Positions 9,921 through 19,316 of a stretch of 64,000 nt of DNA are shown in pieces. Made by a program: the position numbers and the translations under genes. The stretch spans positions 12,161-76,160 of the IMG/VR virus record IMGVR_UViG_3300037424_001021; one strand, written 5' to 3'. The notes below the pieces were generated by a model, which saw only the letters and a program-made list of their open reading frames with translations, was not told the origin of the DNA and did not search any database. The DNA comes from a virus (lineage: Duplodnaviria; Caudoviricetes). Position 1 is the first letter of the stretch, and each line of letters opens with the position of its first letter.

Positions 9921-11435
9921 ATGTCAAGTAATTTAGAAATTCACAAAATAGAACATTTACAATTAGGATATAGTCTAACTGCTTCTGGAATAGAAGACAT
10001 AGTTGATGAACATATTGCAGATCTAAATATTCATTATATTCAATCAGATATTGACCATGGAACAGTTAGTGGACTGGAAGATAACGATCATCCACAGTAT
10101 TTATTAATTGAAGATATCGTAGACATAGATCATGGAACTATTAGTGGTCTTTTAGATGATGATCATTCTCAATATCTTCTTCTCGCAGGACGCACAGGAG
10201 GACAAATTGTCACTGGAGGAACCGCTTCAGGAGATGATTTAACTCTCTATTCTACTTCTCATGCAACTAAAGGAAGTATTAATATTGGAACTGATTTATC
10301 TGAAGTAACAATTATCAATCATCAATTTCCCGCAGGTGGCGATAATATAGAAATCAACGCTTTGGGAACTGGTAATAGACTGGCTTTTATAGATTTTCAC
10401 GGTGATGATACCTATACAGATTACGGTTTGCGTATAATAAGAACTAGTGCAGGAGCTAACGCTCCTTCTTCCATAGCACATAGAGGAACGGGCGAATTTT
10501 CTTTTTCTGCTCCTGAAGGAGCAAACTGGTATTTTTCAGGTGGAACCGTAGGTATAGGAACTACTGCTCCTCATGCAGGAGTTGGTTGGGCTAAATTTGC
10601 TATTGATGGAGCAGGAACCACTTCAGGAGGTGCTCATCTTCAGTTTACTACCACTTCAGATGATTATCCTTTGTTGCAGATTCTAAATTATACTCACGAT
10701 AATATTAGTCTTTTCTTTGATTCATTTTACGATGGCTCTTTTAAATCATCTGATGCTGGTAGTAACTTTTGTATCCGCAAAACTGGCGATTTATTTTCTA
10801 TTCAATATGATTCTGGCATAGCAGTAGGTAGTGTATTAACCTGGAATACTGCTGGTTTTATAATGAATACTTCTGGCAATGTAGGTATAGGTGTAAATCC
10901 TGCTTATCGGCTAGATGTAGTAACTTCTTCAGTAACCAACGTAGCCAGGTTTTTTAATGACGGTAATTCTGCGTCATACGGTGGTATTATTATTCAAGCC
11001 GGGACGGACGATGGATCAGGAACTGTGTTGTTTTTACAAGCAAACGACGGCGACGGAACAGCAACCGGTTATTTAAGATCGGTTGAAGGAGTGTTTGCTT
11101 TAATAGACGTTTCAGATGCCCGGGTTAAAGAAAATATAACTGATACAAGAATAGATGGGCTGGATATAATTAAAAATATACCAGTAAAAGCTTTTAGTTA
11201 CAAAAAACAAAAATTAAATGCAGCCAATCATTCTGCTGGTTTTATTGCACAGGATTTACAGCAAATTTTTCCAGAAGCTGTAACTGAAATAGATGGAATA
11301 CTTGGGGTAAGCAAAGATACACTTATACCTGTTTTGGTTAAAGCAGTGCAAGAATTAACTGAACAAAATAATGAATTATTAAAACGAATTGAACAATTAG
11401 AATTAAAATTGAAAAAACATGATTCAGTTATATGA
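9921..11435 (+). CDS. Trimeric fibre protein with C-terminal peptidase S74 intramolecular chaperone
   Basis: SDARVKENI...HSAGFIAQDLQQIFPEAV...LIPVLVKAVQEL plus terminal coiled coil; repeated GNVGIG/GTVGIG fibre motifs. Confidence 0.85.
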   Translation: MSSNLEIHKIEHLQLGYSLTASGIEDIVDEHIADLNIHYIQSDIDHGTVSGLEDNDHPQYLLIEDIVDIDHGTISGLLDDDHSQYLLLAGRTGGQIVTGGTASGDDLTLYSTSHATKGSINIGTDLSEVTIINHQFPAGGDNIEINALGTGNRLAFIDFHGDDTYTDYGLRIIRTSAGANAPSSIAHRGTGEFSFSAPEGANWYFSGGTVGIGTTAPHAGVGWAKFAIDGAGTTSGGAHLQFTTTSDDYPLLQILNYTHDNISLFFDSFYDGSFKSSDAGSNFCIRKTGDLFSIQYDSGIAVGSVLTWNTAGFIMNTSGNVGIGVNPAYRLDVVTSSVTNVARFFNDGNSASYGGIIIQAGTDDGSGTVLFLQANDGDGTATGYLRSVEGVFALIDVSDARVKENITDTRIDGLDIIKNIPVKAFSYKKQKLNAANHSAGFIAQDLQQIFPEAVTEIDGILGVSKDTLIPVLVKAVQELTEQNNELLKRIEQLELKLKKHDSVI

Positions 11436-11455
11436 TTAGTTGATTAGGAGAAATC

Positions 11456-12430
11456 ATGGCTAGAAGTGTGCAAGCTGGAGACTCGATTGCTTTAAGAACT
11501 CAGTTTCTTGACGATCAAGGGCATGTAAAACAGCCATCTCCAGTAAGTATTTTTCTTTTTGAACCAGATATAGATACTACAGACCTATCTTTAGCCTTAG
11601 TTAGCGGAGAGCCCTCGTATTTAGGGAATGGCATTTGCGAGTATATCTATACTCCAGTTAACGATGTCATTGCAGGAGAATGGGCAGATAGATGGCAAGG
11701 TACAATTAACGGACAAGTATTAGATACAACTTTTAGTTTTACAGTTACTAATTCTGGAGAAATTTTAGATTTGCCAGATCAGTTATTTCGCAATAATATC
11801 ATTGAAATTACTATAGCGTCTGGTATTCAAGGTATAGATGGTTCTGTAATGACAGAACCATATACTTTTACTTTTATGACAGAAACTTTTCCAAGTTATT
11901 CTAATATCAGAAAAATTCGTTTAGAATATGGCGGATATATTCCAAATATAGAAGATGATACGATTCAATTGGCAATTCTGGAAGCGTCTTTAAGCGCAGA
12001 TGATTTAGTTTTTTCACAAACAAAGAATACAAAATTTTTGAGTGCTATTAAGCGAGAATGGGTCACTTGTAAAGTGGCTTTAACTTTAGTGCATAATTTA
12101 TCTCATTCCTTGATTAAATCTAAGTCATTAGCAGATTTTTCAGTATCATATGACACTAATACTTTGAGAGATGCAATGGCAAAAGCCTATAGCTGTTTAG
12201 AAAGATGGGAGCCACAACTAATGGCAGGTGGTTACGCCATTGATGCTCAACAAGCCCGTGGAGTAGTCAAAGGAGAGTTGGATCCTGATAGACCAAAAAT
12301 TGGCAGAACTTGGTTTGATGCGGGAGAAATAAATAGTGATTCAAGATTACCTGCTGCCAATACAAAAGATCTTGCAACAACTCAAAGGCGTTACAAATCG
12401 ATGCATAGTAGACGCAAAAGGAGTTGGTAA
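11456..12430 (+). CDS. Head-tail adaptor (connector) protein with extra N-terminal beta domain
   Basis: C-terminal half (IQLAILEASLSAD...IKSKSLADFSVSY) resembles SPP1 gp15/HK97 gp6-type adaptors; first gene of the neck cluster. Confidence 0.6.
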   Translation: MARSVQAGDSIALRTQFLDDQGHVKQPSPVSIFLFEPDIDTTDLSLALVSGEPSYLGNGICEYIYTPVNDVIAGEWADRWQGTINGQVLDTTFSFTVTNSGEILDLPDQLFRNNIIEITIASGIQGIDGSVMTEPYTFTFMTETFPSYSNIRKIRLEYGGYIPNIEDDTIQLAILEASLSADDLVFSQTKNTKFLSAIKREWVTCKVALTLVHNLSHSLIKSKSLADFSVSYDTNTLRDAMAKAYSCLERWEPQLMAGGYAIDAQQARGVVKGELDPDRPKIGRTWFDAGEINSDSRLPAANTKDLATTQRRYKSMHSRRKRSW

Positions 12431-12990
12431 TGGGAAAATGGCAACCATATCCAAGACGTTCTGAAATAGATTTAAGAACAGAAATGGACAATACTTTATC
12501 AGGAGTTTTTCCTGAAATTTCTAAAACTCAAAAAGTAGTTTTACGAAAAATGCGAAGAGATAATGATGGGAATTTGATTAAATGCGCTTGCGTAGACGAA
12601 GTTACTAGAGAACCTGATCTTGATAGTTTTTGCCCACTTTGTAATGGATCAGGAAACTATTGGGATGAAATCTTTGTAGATGTTTATCGTTCATCAAGTT
12701 TGGAATCTCCATCTACTCAAGCCTTATCTGATAAGTTATATGCCACTGGATTACATAATATTCCATTGGTAGTTTTTTATACCAGATATACAGAAGATAT
12801 AACAGAAGATGACAAGATTATTGAATTAGTTTTAAACAAAGAAGGGGAAATTATTCAACCGCCTCGAAGACGAAGATTATTTAGAATTGTCAGAGCGACA
12901 GATTATAGACTCGAAAATGGCAGGCTAGAGTTTTGGGGTTTACATTGTTTTCAAGAAGAAATAAGATTTTTGAATGGATTTAACGGATAA
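12430..12990 (+). CDS. Putative head-closure (stopper) protein with Zn-binding motif
   Basis: KCAC...FCPLCNGSG; follows the adaptor; TAATG coupling makes ATG 12430 the likely start. Confidence 0.55.
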   Translation: MGKWQPYPRRSEIDLRTEMDNTLSGVFPEISKTQKVVLRKMRRDNDGNLIKCACVDEVTREPDLDSFCPLCNGSGNYWDEIFVDVYRSSSLESPSTQALSDKLYATGLHNIPLVVFYTRYTEDITEDDKIIELVLNKEGEIIQPPRRRRLFRIVRATDYRLENGRLEFWGLHCFQEEIRFLNGFNG

Positions 12991-13701
12991 ATGAGTATAT
13001 TACAAGATCTCCTTAGCGAAGAGTTAACTGAAAATAATGTCAGAATGCATGTTCAATATGTATATGATAATTTACTTGAACGATCAACTCATATTACCGA
13101 TGAAAGAGTTAGAAGTCCTAAACCTGCAAAATCCTTAATTGAAGTTTATAGTCTAATAAAGAATGTTATCGATAATTATCAAGAACGTGCAAGTATTCCT
13201 GCAAGTCATAAAGTAATTTTTACAGAAGAAGAACCGGATGCCAAAGCTCAACAGGAAATGATTACGTATTCATTAGTTAGAAGAGAACCTGGAGCAATGG
13301 GACAAGGTTCTCCTTTTCAATCTAATGTTCATAATCTAAAATCGAGATTCCGAGAAGAGTACGATGATGCAGAGAATCCGGGTTATCGTACTATGGTATC
13401 AGGTTATTGGCATGATAATTTAATTCGTTTAACCTGCTGGGCAAGAACTAATAAAGCTGCTAATGCTAGAGCTCAATGGCTAGAAGATATGCTTGAAGAA
13501 TATTCATGGTTCTTTAAAGCAGAGGGAGTGGATAGATTTATTTATTGGGAACAACAAGCGGATATGTCGTTAGATATTCAAGGGAATAAATGGTATGGGC
13601 GTCCTTTAGATTATTTTATTCGCACAGAAACTATCCGCACTTTTTCAGAAAAAAAGATTGAAGAAATTATCATTAAATTGTCAACGAAATTGACTCCTTA
13701 A
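12991..13701 (+). CDS. Putative tail terminator/neck protein
   Basis: Directly before the sheath; IRLTCWARTNKAANARAQWLEDML alpha/beta pattern typical of tail-completion proteins. Confidence 0.5.
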   Translation: MSILQDLLSEELTENNVRMHVQYVYDNLLERSTHITDERVRSPKPAKSLIEVYSLIKNVIDNYQERASIPASHKVIFTEEEPDAKAQQEMITYSLVRREPGAMGQGSPFQSNVHNLKSRFREEYDDAENPGYRTMVSGYWHDNLIRLTCWARTNKAANARAQWLEDMLEEYSWFFKAEGVDRFIYWEQQADMSLDIQGNKWYGRPLDYFIRTETIRTFSEKKIEEIIIKLSTKLTP

Positions 13702-13802
13702 TCATCTAAAAAGATGACAAGATTGGGTCTTGTTGTATTATTACTATTGAATGAGTAGTAATATGCATACTCGAATTTTATAGTTTTATGGAGGAATAAA
13801 CG

Positions 13803-15701
13803 ATGCCTTTTGAAAATCTCCCAGGAATTTTTAGTACCAAATTAGACGGTAATTTATCAGTCGTGCCAGTGAATACGAATCCAGTTACTCTTGTAATCGG
13901 AACTGCAACCAAGGGCGATACTGAAACTTTATATCGAGTAGATCGGACTTCTGATGCAGTCAAAACATATGGTAAAACTGGAAGTCTCATTCGTGGTATG
14001 TTTGAGGTGGCTATCGGTGGAGCGATTAATATCAATTTATTTCGCATTGGCGCCACCTCTGCGTTGTTAGAAGATATTGGTAGTACAGGCGGCTTAACTC
14101 TTGAAACTGTTCGTAAAGACGATTCAGCTGGTACAGATTATAAGGTGTTTTTTGATGCAACCACACAGCGATTACGAGTTTATCGAGTTTCTGATGATGA
14201 AGTTGTATGGGATAACAATCCAGCTTATCCAACTGAATCTATCGACTTAGGTGAAGTTTCAGTTACAGGTACTACAGATGGTAGCGCTGGAGATATTGGT
14301 TCCCTAGCGACACCAATCACAATGGCTGCAGCTGACGGCATTAGCGGAGCTAATTATACCGCTGGAACTGACGGAACGAGTCTTTCTCGTATGAAACTTT
14401 ACGAGCATTTATACACTGCATATGAATTACTTAGTGATCAACTTCTTGATTTTGTCGTTCCTATGAATGTCTATTTAGATGATTTAAATGTTATGGATGT
14501 TTCAGCTGCTACAGTTTCTAGTTTGGGTTTAGCAACGTTATCTGATTATCCAACTGCTGGAGCTGACGATGATGCGTTGGGCAAGTTATTTGTTCAAGAG
14601 TATGAAGGTAAAAACCATTTTTGGTGGTGGTTGCCCAGTGATCCAGCTGCAGATGTCGATACAACCTTTACTTCGGATTCTGGAGCTAATATTTTCCCAT
14701 CAGTAGGACTTGCAGATGCTACCCATGATGCAGATGGCAACGTTTTAACCGGAAGTAGCTTTCATGAAGTAAATTTTGCTTATCAATTAGCAGATTTCTG
14801 TTATCGGCAAAGTAATCAAAATACAGAAATGGTAGGATTTATTGGCACTCTTCCTCCCGAATCACGTTCACTAAAAGATGTTACTATTTGGATCGGAAAA
14901 TTACCAGTTACTACCGAAGATGCTAATGGCAATCTGACCGTTGTTACAAATGGCACTGGTCTACTTGGAAATAAGTTCATGAGTGGCAGAGTAACTGCAG
15001 GCGGAGTATTAGGATGGACCGTTGGAGGTATTGCCGCATTATATAATGGAGGTTTAATTGCCACTGACGATGGTTGGCTAGACAGCGCTCAACAACAGGA
15101 TGATAATGATCATTATATCGATATAGGCAAATATGTTTCTATCGTTCCAGTATATCCTATCTTAAGTAATCCAGCTGTAACCACTTCTTATTCAGCAAGT
15201 GGTGCTCCTACTTATGCAGGATTTGTGTCAACTCTGCCTCCTGCGAGTGCGCCTACGAATAAAGTATTACGTTCGGTAGTGCTTCCATATCGCATTGGAA
15301 CTGCAAAATTAGATCTTCTTGCAGGTCAACGCTTCGTATTTTTCCATCAAAAAGCTAAAGGGGTTGTCGTTTCTGATGCTCCAACTGCCGCTCGTCCAGA
15401 TTCAGATTATCGTAGACTCTCAACTGTTCTAATTGTCAAAAATGTAATTAACAAGATTCGCGCAGTTGGAGAACCTTTCCTTGGCGAATCAATCACAGGG
15501 GCTCGCTTGGCAGCACTTGATACAGCTATTGAAAAAGAACTTTCAACTTCTGTTCGCGATCAAGAGTTGACACGATACGAACATCGTTTAGTTGCTACTC
15601 CTGCAATGAAAGTTCTTGGACAAGCGACTGTCGAACTCAAACTAGTACCTGCTTTCGAATTAAGACAGATTAGCATTATCGTTGGACTTTCAGCATCGTA
15701 A
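13803..15701 (+). CDS. Contractile tail sheath protein
   Basis: N-terminal LPGIFS..VTLVIGTATKG and C-terminal SDYRRLSTVLIVKNV..IRAVGEPFLGE..LKLVPAFELRQISIIVGL sheath signatures; GGAGG RBS. Confidence 0.9.
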   Translation: MPFENLPGIFSTKLDGNLSVVPVNTNPVTLVIGTATKGDTETLYRVDRTSDAVKTYGKTGSLIRGMFEVAIGGAININLFRIGATSALLEDIGSTGGLTLETVRKDDSAGTDYKVFFDATTQRLRVYRVSDDEVVWDNNPAYPTESIDLGEVSVTGTTDGSAGDIGSLATPITMAAADGISGANYTAGTDGTSLSRMKLYEHLYTAYELLSDQLLDFVVPMNVYLDDLNVMDVSAATVSSLGLATLSDYPTAGADDDALGKLFVQEYEGKNHFWWWLPSDPAADVDTTFTSDSGANIFPSVGLADATHDADGNVLTGSSFHEVNFAYQLADFCYRQSNQNTEMVGFIGTLPPESRSLKDVTIWIGKLPVTTEDANGNLTVVTNGTGLLGNKFMSGRVTAGGVLGWTVGGIAALYNGGLIATDDGWLDSAQQQDDNDHYIDIGKYVSIVPVYPILSNPAVTTSYSASGAPTYAGFVSTLPPASAPTNKVLRSVVLPYRIGTAKLDLLAGQRFVFFHQKAKGVVVSDAPTAARPDSDYRRLSTVLIVKNVINKIRAVGEPFLGESITGARLAALDTAIEKELSTSVRDQELTRYEHRLVATPAMKVLGQATVELKLVPAFELRQISIIVGLSAS

Positions 15702-15729
15702 TAAGGATTATTAGGAGGAATAGATAAAT

Positions 15730-16398
15730 ATGACGACTCAATCTCAATATGGAAAAGGATATAATAGCTTTTCTGGTGTAGACATTAAAGGTGTTTTCGC
15801 TAGCAAGGTTATTGCAGAACTTCAGGCGATTTCTTGGTCAATTACTCGTGAAAAAGCCCCCATTTATACAATGGGAAGTGCTGATCCTCGGTCGTTTTCC
15901 CGAGGAAAACGCGGTATCGCAGGCACTCTTATTTTTATCGTATTTGATCGACATGTTCTCTTAGGTAATTTAGGTATGTTTGCAGCTCAAGATCCAGGTC
16001 TGTATTTCTTATCAGACAAAGATGATGTTAAGCCTGCTGATGCATCTCAACACGATCTTGCTACTGCTAATTTATCGTCTGCATTAAGTGGAACAGCTAG
16101 CGCTACGGTTCAAGCTCAAGAATCAGAACTATTAACTTCAATCGAAGATGATCAAGAAGGTTCTCTTGCCTGGTATGCAGATCAAATTCCTCCAATTGAC
16201 GTTACCCTTGCAGCTGCTAATGAATATGGAAGTCTTGCTGTAATGAGAATCTTTGGTGTTGAAATCATGAATGAAGGTTGTGGAGTTTCTATCGATGATA
16301 TCGTAACTGAACAACAACATACTTATGTAGCTCGCACCATCATTGGTTGGCGTCCAGTTAAGTATATCGATCCGGCTACAAAAATCTCTACTACTTAA
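15730..16398 (+). CDS. Major tail tube protein
   Basis: Immediately after sheath, strong RBS; SFSGVDIK..ELQAISWSITREKAPIYTMG..RGKRGIAGTLIF tube-fold pattern. Confidence 0.82.
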   Translation: MTTQSQYGKGYNSFSGVDIKGVFASKVIAELQAISWSITREKAPIYTMGSADPRSFSRGKRGIAGTLIFIVFDRHVLLGNLGMFAAQDPGLYFLSDKDDVKPADASQHDLATANLSSALSGTASATVQAQESELLTSIEDDQEGSLAWYADQIPPIDVTLAAANEYGSLAVMRIFGVEIMNEGCGVSIDDIVTEQQHTYVARTIIGWRPVKYIDPATKISTT

Positions 16399-16432
16399 AA
16401 GTAGGAAGGATGCTAGTTAGCATCATTATAAC

Positions 16433-17569
16433 ATGGCAAAAATAGTTCCCTCTATTATAGGAAATAATCCTCCTGAGCATCAAGATTATTATTCGCCCAA
16501 TTTATTGCAAGAACAACAGTCAAATCAAGCAACTGCTAATCGTCCAATTTCTCGAAATAAGAACGATAATCAAATCAACTGGCTAGGTTCTTCTTATTCT
16601 GGTGCGGATATTAAAGTAGTTGCGCATTTATATACCACTCCTCAAGAAACAGACGAAATAGTTCGATTACAACAAGAACTTGAAGAAGTACGTTCATCTT
16701 CAACTGCTTGCCGAATGGCATCTCAAGGTCTTCCGACTGATTTAACTGGATTGTCTAGATTAACCGGACAAGATAGTGCAACACAAATTGCAAGACTTGG
16801 AGGAGTTCAGCCAGATAGTCCAGCTGGAATGCTTTTGATTTCTATCTTTAGAGCTGCTCCAAGAAGCGGTAACTGGACTTCTATGCGTTCTCATCTAATG
16901 CAAGCTTATGTTTCTCAGGCTGTAACTCTTCAATTAGTAGGAGATGCCTTACAATTAAAAATAAACTCATTAAACGAAATACGACAAAAATCTACCAATA
17001 CTATAGTTCTTGGAACTTTGCAAACTATTAGTGTTCAAACTTATCGAGAAAAAGTTGCAGTTAGAGCATTAGGTCATTCCTATCCAAAAGGAATGTGTCG
17101 AGGTAATCGTACAATTGCTGGTAGTATGATTTTTACTTTATTTAATGAACATTCGCTTGCTCAATTGATTCGTTCGATGTCTGCAACTGGATCAATTTAT
17201 GGCGAAATGAACAATGATTTATCTGCTTATATTGCAGATCAATTGCCTCCTTTTGATCTAACAATTATATTTGCTAACGAATATGGGTCACTATCTCAAA
17301 TGAGCATTTATGGAGTAGAATTTATTTCTGATGGCATGACTTTATCTATCGAAGATTTATTAACAGAACAAGTTTTGCAGTTTATAGCAAGAGACATAGA
17401 TATTATGACTTCTCAAGGGAATATTCGTCTTTCTCGTGCACAACGAGGAATGCATTTCAGTGACGAAGGGCAAGAAATAAAAGCTTCTGATTTGCCTTTT
17501 ACAAGTAAAGAAGCATATTCCAAATATTTAGAGAGATTGGGAATTAGACGTAAAAGGACTCAATGGTAA
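16433..17569 (+). CDS. Tail-tube paralogue with large helical insertion (tube initiator/hub-like)
   Basis: Aligns by eye with 15730 (SYSGADIK, REKVAVRALG, RGNRTIAGSMIF, ADQLPPFD, ANEYGSL, SIEDLLTEQ). Confidence 0.75.
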   Translation: MAKIVPSIIGNNPPEHQDYYSPNLLQEQQSNQATANRPISRNKNDNQINWLGSSYSGADIKVVAHLYTTPQETDEIVRLQQELEEVRSSSTACRMASQGLPTDLTGLSRLTGQDSATQIARLGGVQPDSPAGMLLISIFRAAPRSGNWTSMRSHLMQAYVSQAVTLQLVGDALQLKINSLNEIRQKSTNTIVLGTLQTISVQTYREKVAVRALGHSYPKGMCRGNRTIAGSMIFTLFNEHSLAQLIRSMSATGSIYGEMNNDLSAYIADQLPPFDLTIIFANEYGSLSQMSIYGVEFISDGMTLSIEDLLTEQVLQFIARDIDIMTSQGNIRLSRAQRGMHFSDEGQEIKASDLPFTSKEAYSKYLERLGIRRKRTQW

Positions 17570-18390
17570 TGGCAAATCCAGCTAATCCACTTCCTCCTGC
17601 TCCTCCAACTCCTCCTCCTATTCCAACGGAGGGATTTTCAAGTGGAATTTATAATTTCGACTATTTTATGTCTTCTCAAGTTGCATGTTATATAGGTTCT
17701 ACTTGGATTGATGAAATAACTAGTATTGCTTTTGAAGTTTCTCATCAAAAAATGCCGTTATATGGTTATGCAGATAAATATTTTCGCACAGTCACCAAAG
17801 GTCAAGTATTGGTTCAAGGTATGTTTACTATTAATTTTAAAGAAGCTGGTTATTTATGGCTGGCATTAAATCAATATCATGGAGAATTAGGAAAATCTAC
17901 TCCATTGAATCCTTTTAAAGATTCTGCGACTATCCAAAGTCAAAATCTTGAAAAGATTATTCAGTATAACAATATAGACGATGAAGAATATATCAAACAT
18001 CGCAATGAAGCAGTTAATACAATGGCTGAATTTTGGTCAAAAGAAAATGCATACAATTCTCTTGCTGGATATCCAGGAGGAGGAAGAACTTCAGATGGGA
18101 AAAAGATGGGTAATGCCGAAAACTTATTTGAACAATTTGAAGATGCAATTTGGTCATCAAAAGGCGGGAAGTATATTCCTTCAGATGAACTAGATAGAGA
18201 TCCTGCTAATTCAGAACTTAATGGTTTTGATATTTATATATCATATGGTGATTTTATTGGAGATAATAAACTTAATCATACAATTAGAAAATTAAATAAT
18301 GTTCATATTTTAAGTTGGGGCCAACAAGTTGCTCCAGATGGTCAAAATATACAAGAAAAATATTCTTTTCTTTGTAGGAATGCGGTCTAA
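17563..18390 (+). CDS. Divergent tail-tube paralogue with Pro-rich N-terminus
   Basis: WIDEITSIAFEVSHQKMPLYGY..KGQVLVQGMFTINF tube-like strands; start may be ATG 17569 (TAATG coupling). Confidence 0.62.
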   Translation: MVMANPANPLPPAPPTPPPIPTEGFSSGIYNFDYFMSSQVACYIGSTWIDEITSIAFEVSHQKMPLYGYADKYFRTVTKGQVLVQGMFTINFKEAGYLWLALNQYHGELGKSTPLNPFKDSATIQSQNLEKIIQYNNIDDEEYIKHRNEAVNTMAEFWSKENAYNSLAGYPGGGRTSDGKKMGNAENLFEQFEDAIWSSKGGKYIPSDELDRDPANSELNGFDIYISYGDFIGDNKLNHTIRKLNNVHILSWGQQVAPDGQNIQEKYSFLCRNAV

Positions 18391-18399
18391 ATAAAAAGA

Positions 18400-18428
18400 T
18401 TGCTTTTTAAAATTTAAATCAGTATAAT
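18400..18428 (+). promoter_or_regulatory. Sigma70-like promoter upstream of tail assembly chaperone
   Basis: TTGCTT (18400-18405), 17-nt spacer, TATAAT (18423-18428); AAAGGAGG RBS downstream. Confidence 0.7.
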
Positions 18429-18456
18429 TAAATTTCCAAAGGAGGACATTAGAAAA

Positions 18457-18882
18457 ATGTCTAAAGTTACAGAAACTGAAGAAGTAAAAGAAGTAGAAGA
18501 AAGTGGACCACCTAATCTTCCTTCTATGTTGAAGAAACTTGAAGGCCACCCTTCTGATGAACAGATTGAAACTTGGAAGCAGCAATATGGAGAAGTATTT
18601 GTTTCTGGTTTTTCGGAAACAGAGTTGTTTGTATTTCGTCCACTTTCTTGGAAAGAACATAAAGACCTAACAAAAGCTCTTTCCACTCCAGTCGAGGAAG
18701 GCGAAGAACCAAAAACTGAGTTTGATTTACAAGAACTTGTAGTTGATACCTGCTTGCTATGGACTTCAGTTCCAGAATTTCACAAAAAAGGCGGAACTAT
18801 TCCAACATTGTTTGAGCAAACGATGGCGAACTCAAATTTCGTAGCCCCTCAAATTGCGTTGTCGTTTGTAGCTAAATTATAA
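18457..18882 (+). CDS. Tail assembly chaperone
   Basis: IETWKQQYGEVFV..FVFRPLSWKEH..ELVVDTCLLW pattern, size and position between tube and tape-measure slot. Confidence 0.7.
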   Translation: MSKVTETEEVKEVEESGPPNLPSMLKKLEGHPSDEQIETWKQQYGEVFVSGFSETELFVFRPLSWKEHKDLTKALSTPVEEGEEPKTEFDLQELVVDTCLLWTSVPEFHKKGGTIPTLFEQTMANSNFVAPQIALSFVAKL

Positions 18883-18891
18883 AGAAGAAAC

Positions 18892-19305
18892 ATGTTTAAT
18901 TTATTTCCTCTTTTTAAAAAAGAAAACAAAAAAGAAGATTATCAGTATACTTGCAGTTTTTTTTCAGGTGCAGATCTGAAGTTTTATTTAGAGTTACAAA
19001 ATGGTCAAAAAAAATACATACCAGAATTTCGAGAAATTTCTTGGAAAGAAGACTTGATCGAAAATCAAGTGAGAGGTCAATTGATTTTTATTATTTTTGA
19101 CAGAGATGCACTTGTTCCCTTTTTACAAGATGTCAAAAATATTCATTTAAAAGTTGCTACTGCAGTTAAAAGAATTAGCGAATTAAAATTTGAAAATGTA
19201 ATATTTACCGAACGTAGAGAGAGTCTATCAGTTGACGATTTAATTTCAGAAATACACTATAGTTTTACCGCTCAATCTTGCACTTCTTGGAAAAAACTTC
19301 AATAG
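18892..19305 (+). CDS. Minimal tail-tube paralogue lacking the long beta-hairpin loop
   Basis: SFFSGADLK, EFREISW, RGQLIFIIFDRDAL and LSVDDLISE match 15730, but the REKAPIYTMG..RGKR loop is absent. Confidence 0.65.
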   Translation: MFNLFPLFKKENKKEDYQYTCSFFSGADLKFYLELQNGQKKYIPEFREISWKEDLIENQVRGQLIFIIFDRDALVPFLQDVKNIHLKVATAVKRISELKFENVIFTERRESLSVDDLISEIHYSFTAQSCTSWKKLQ

Positions 19306-19316
19306 TCCAATGCAAT

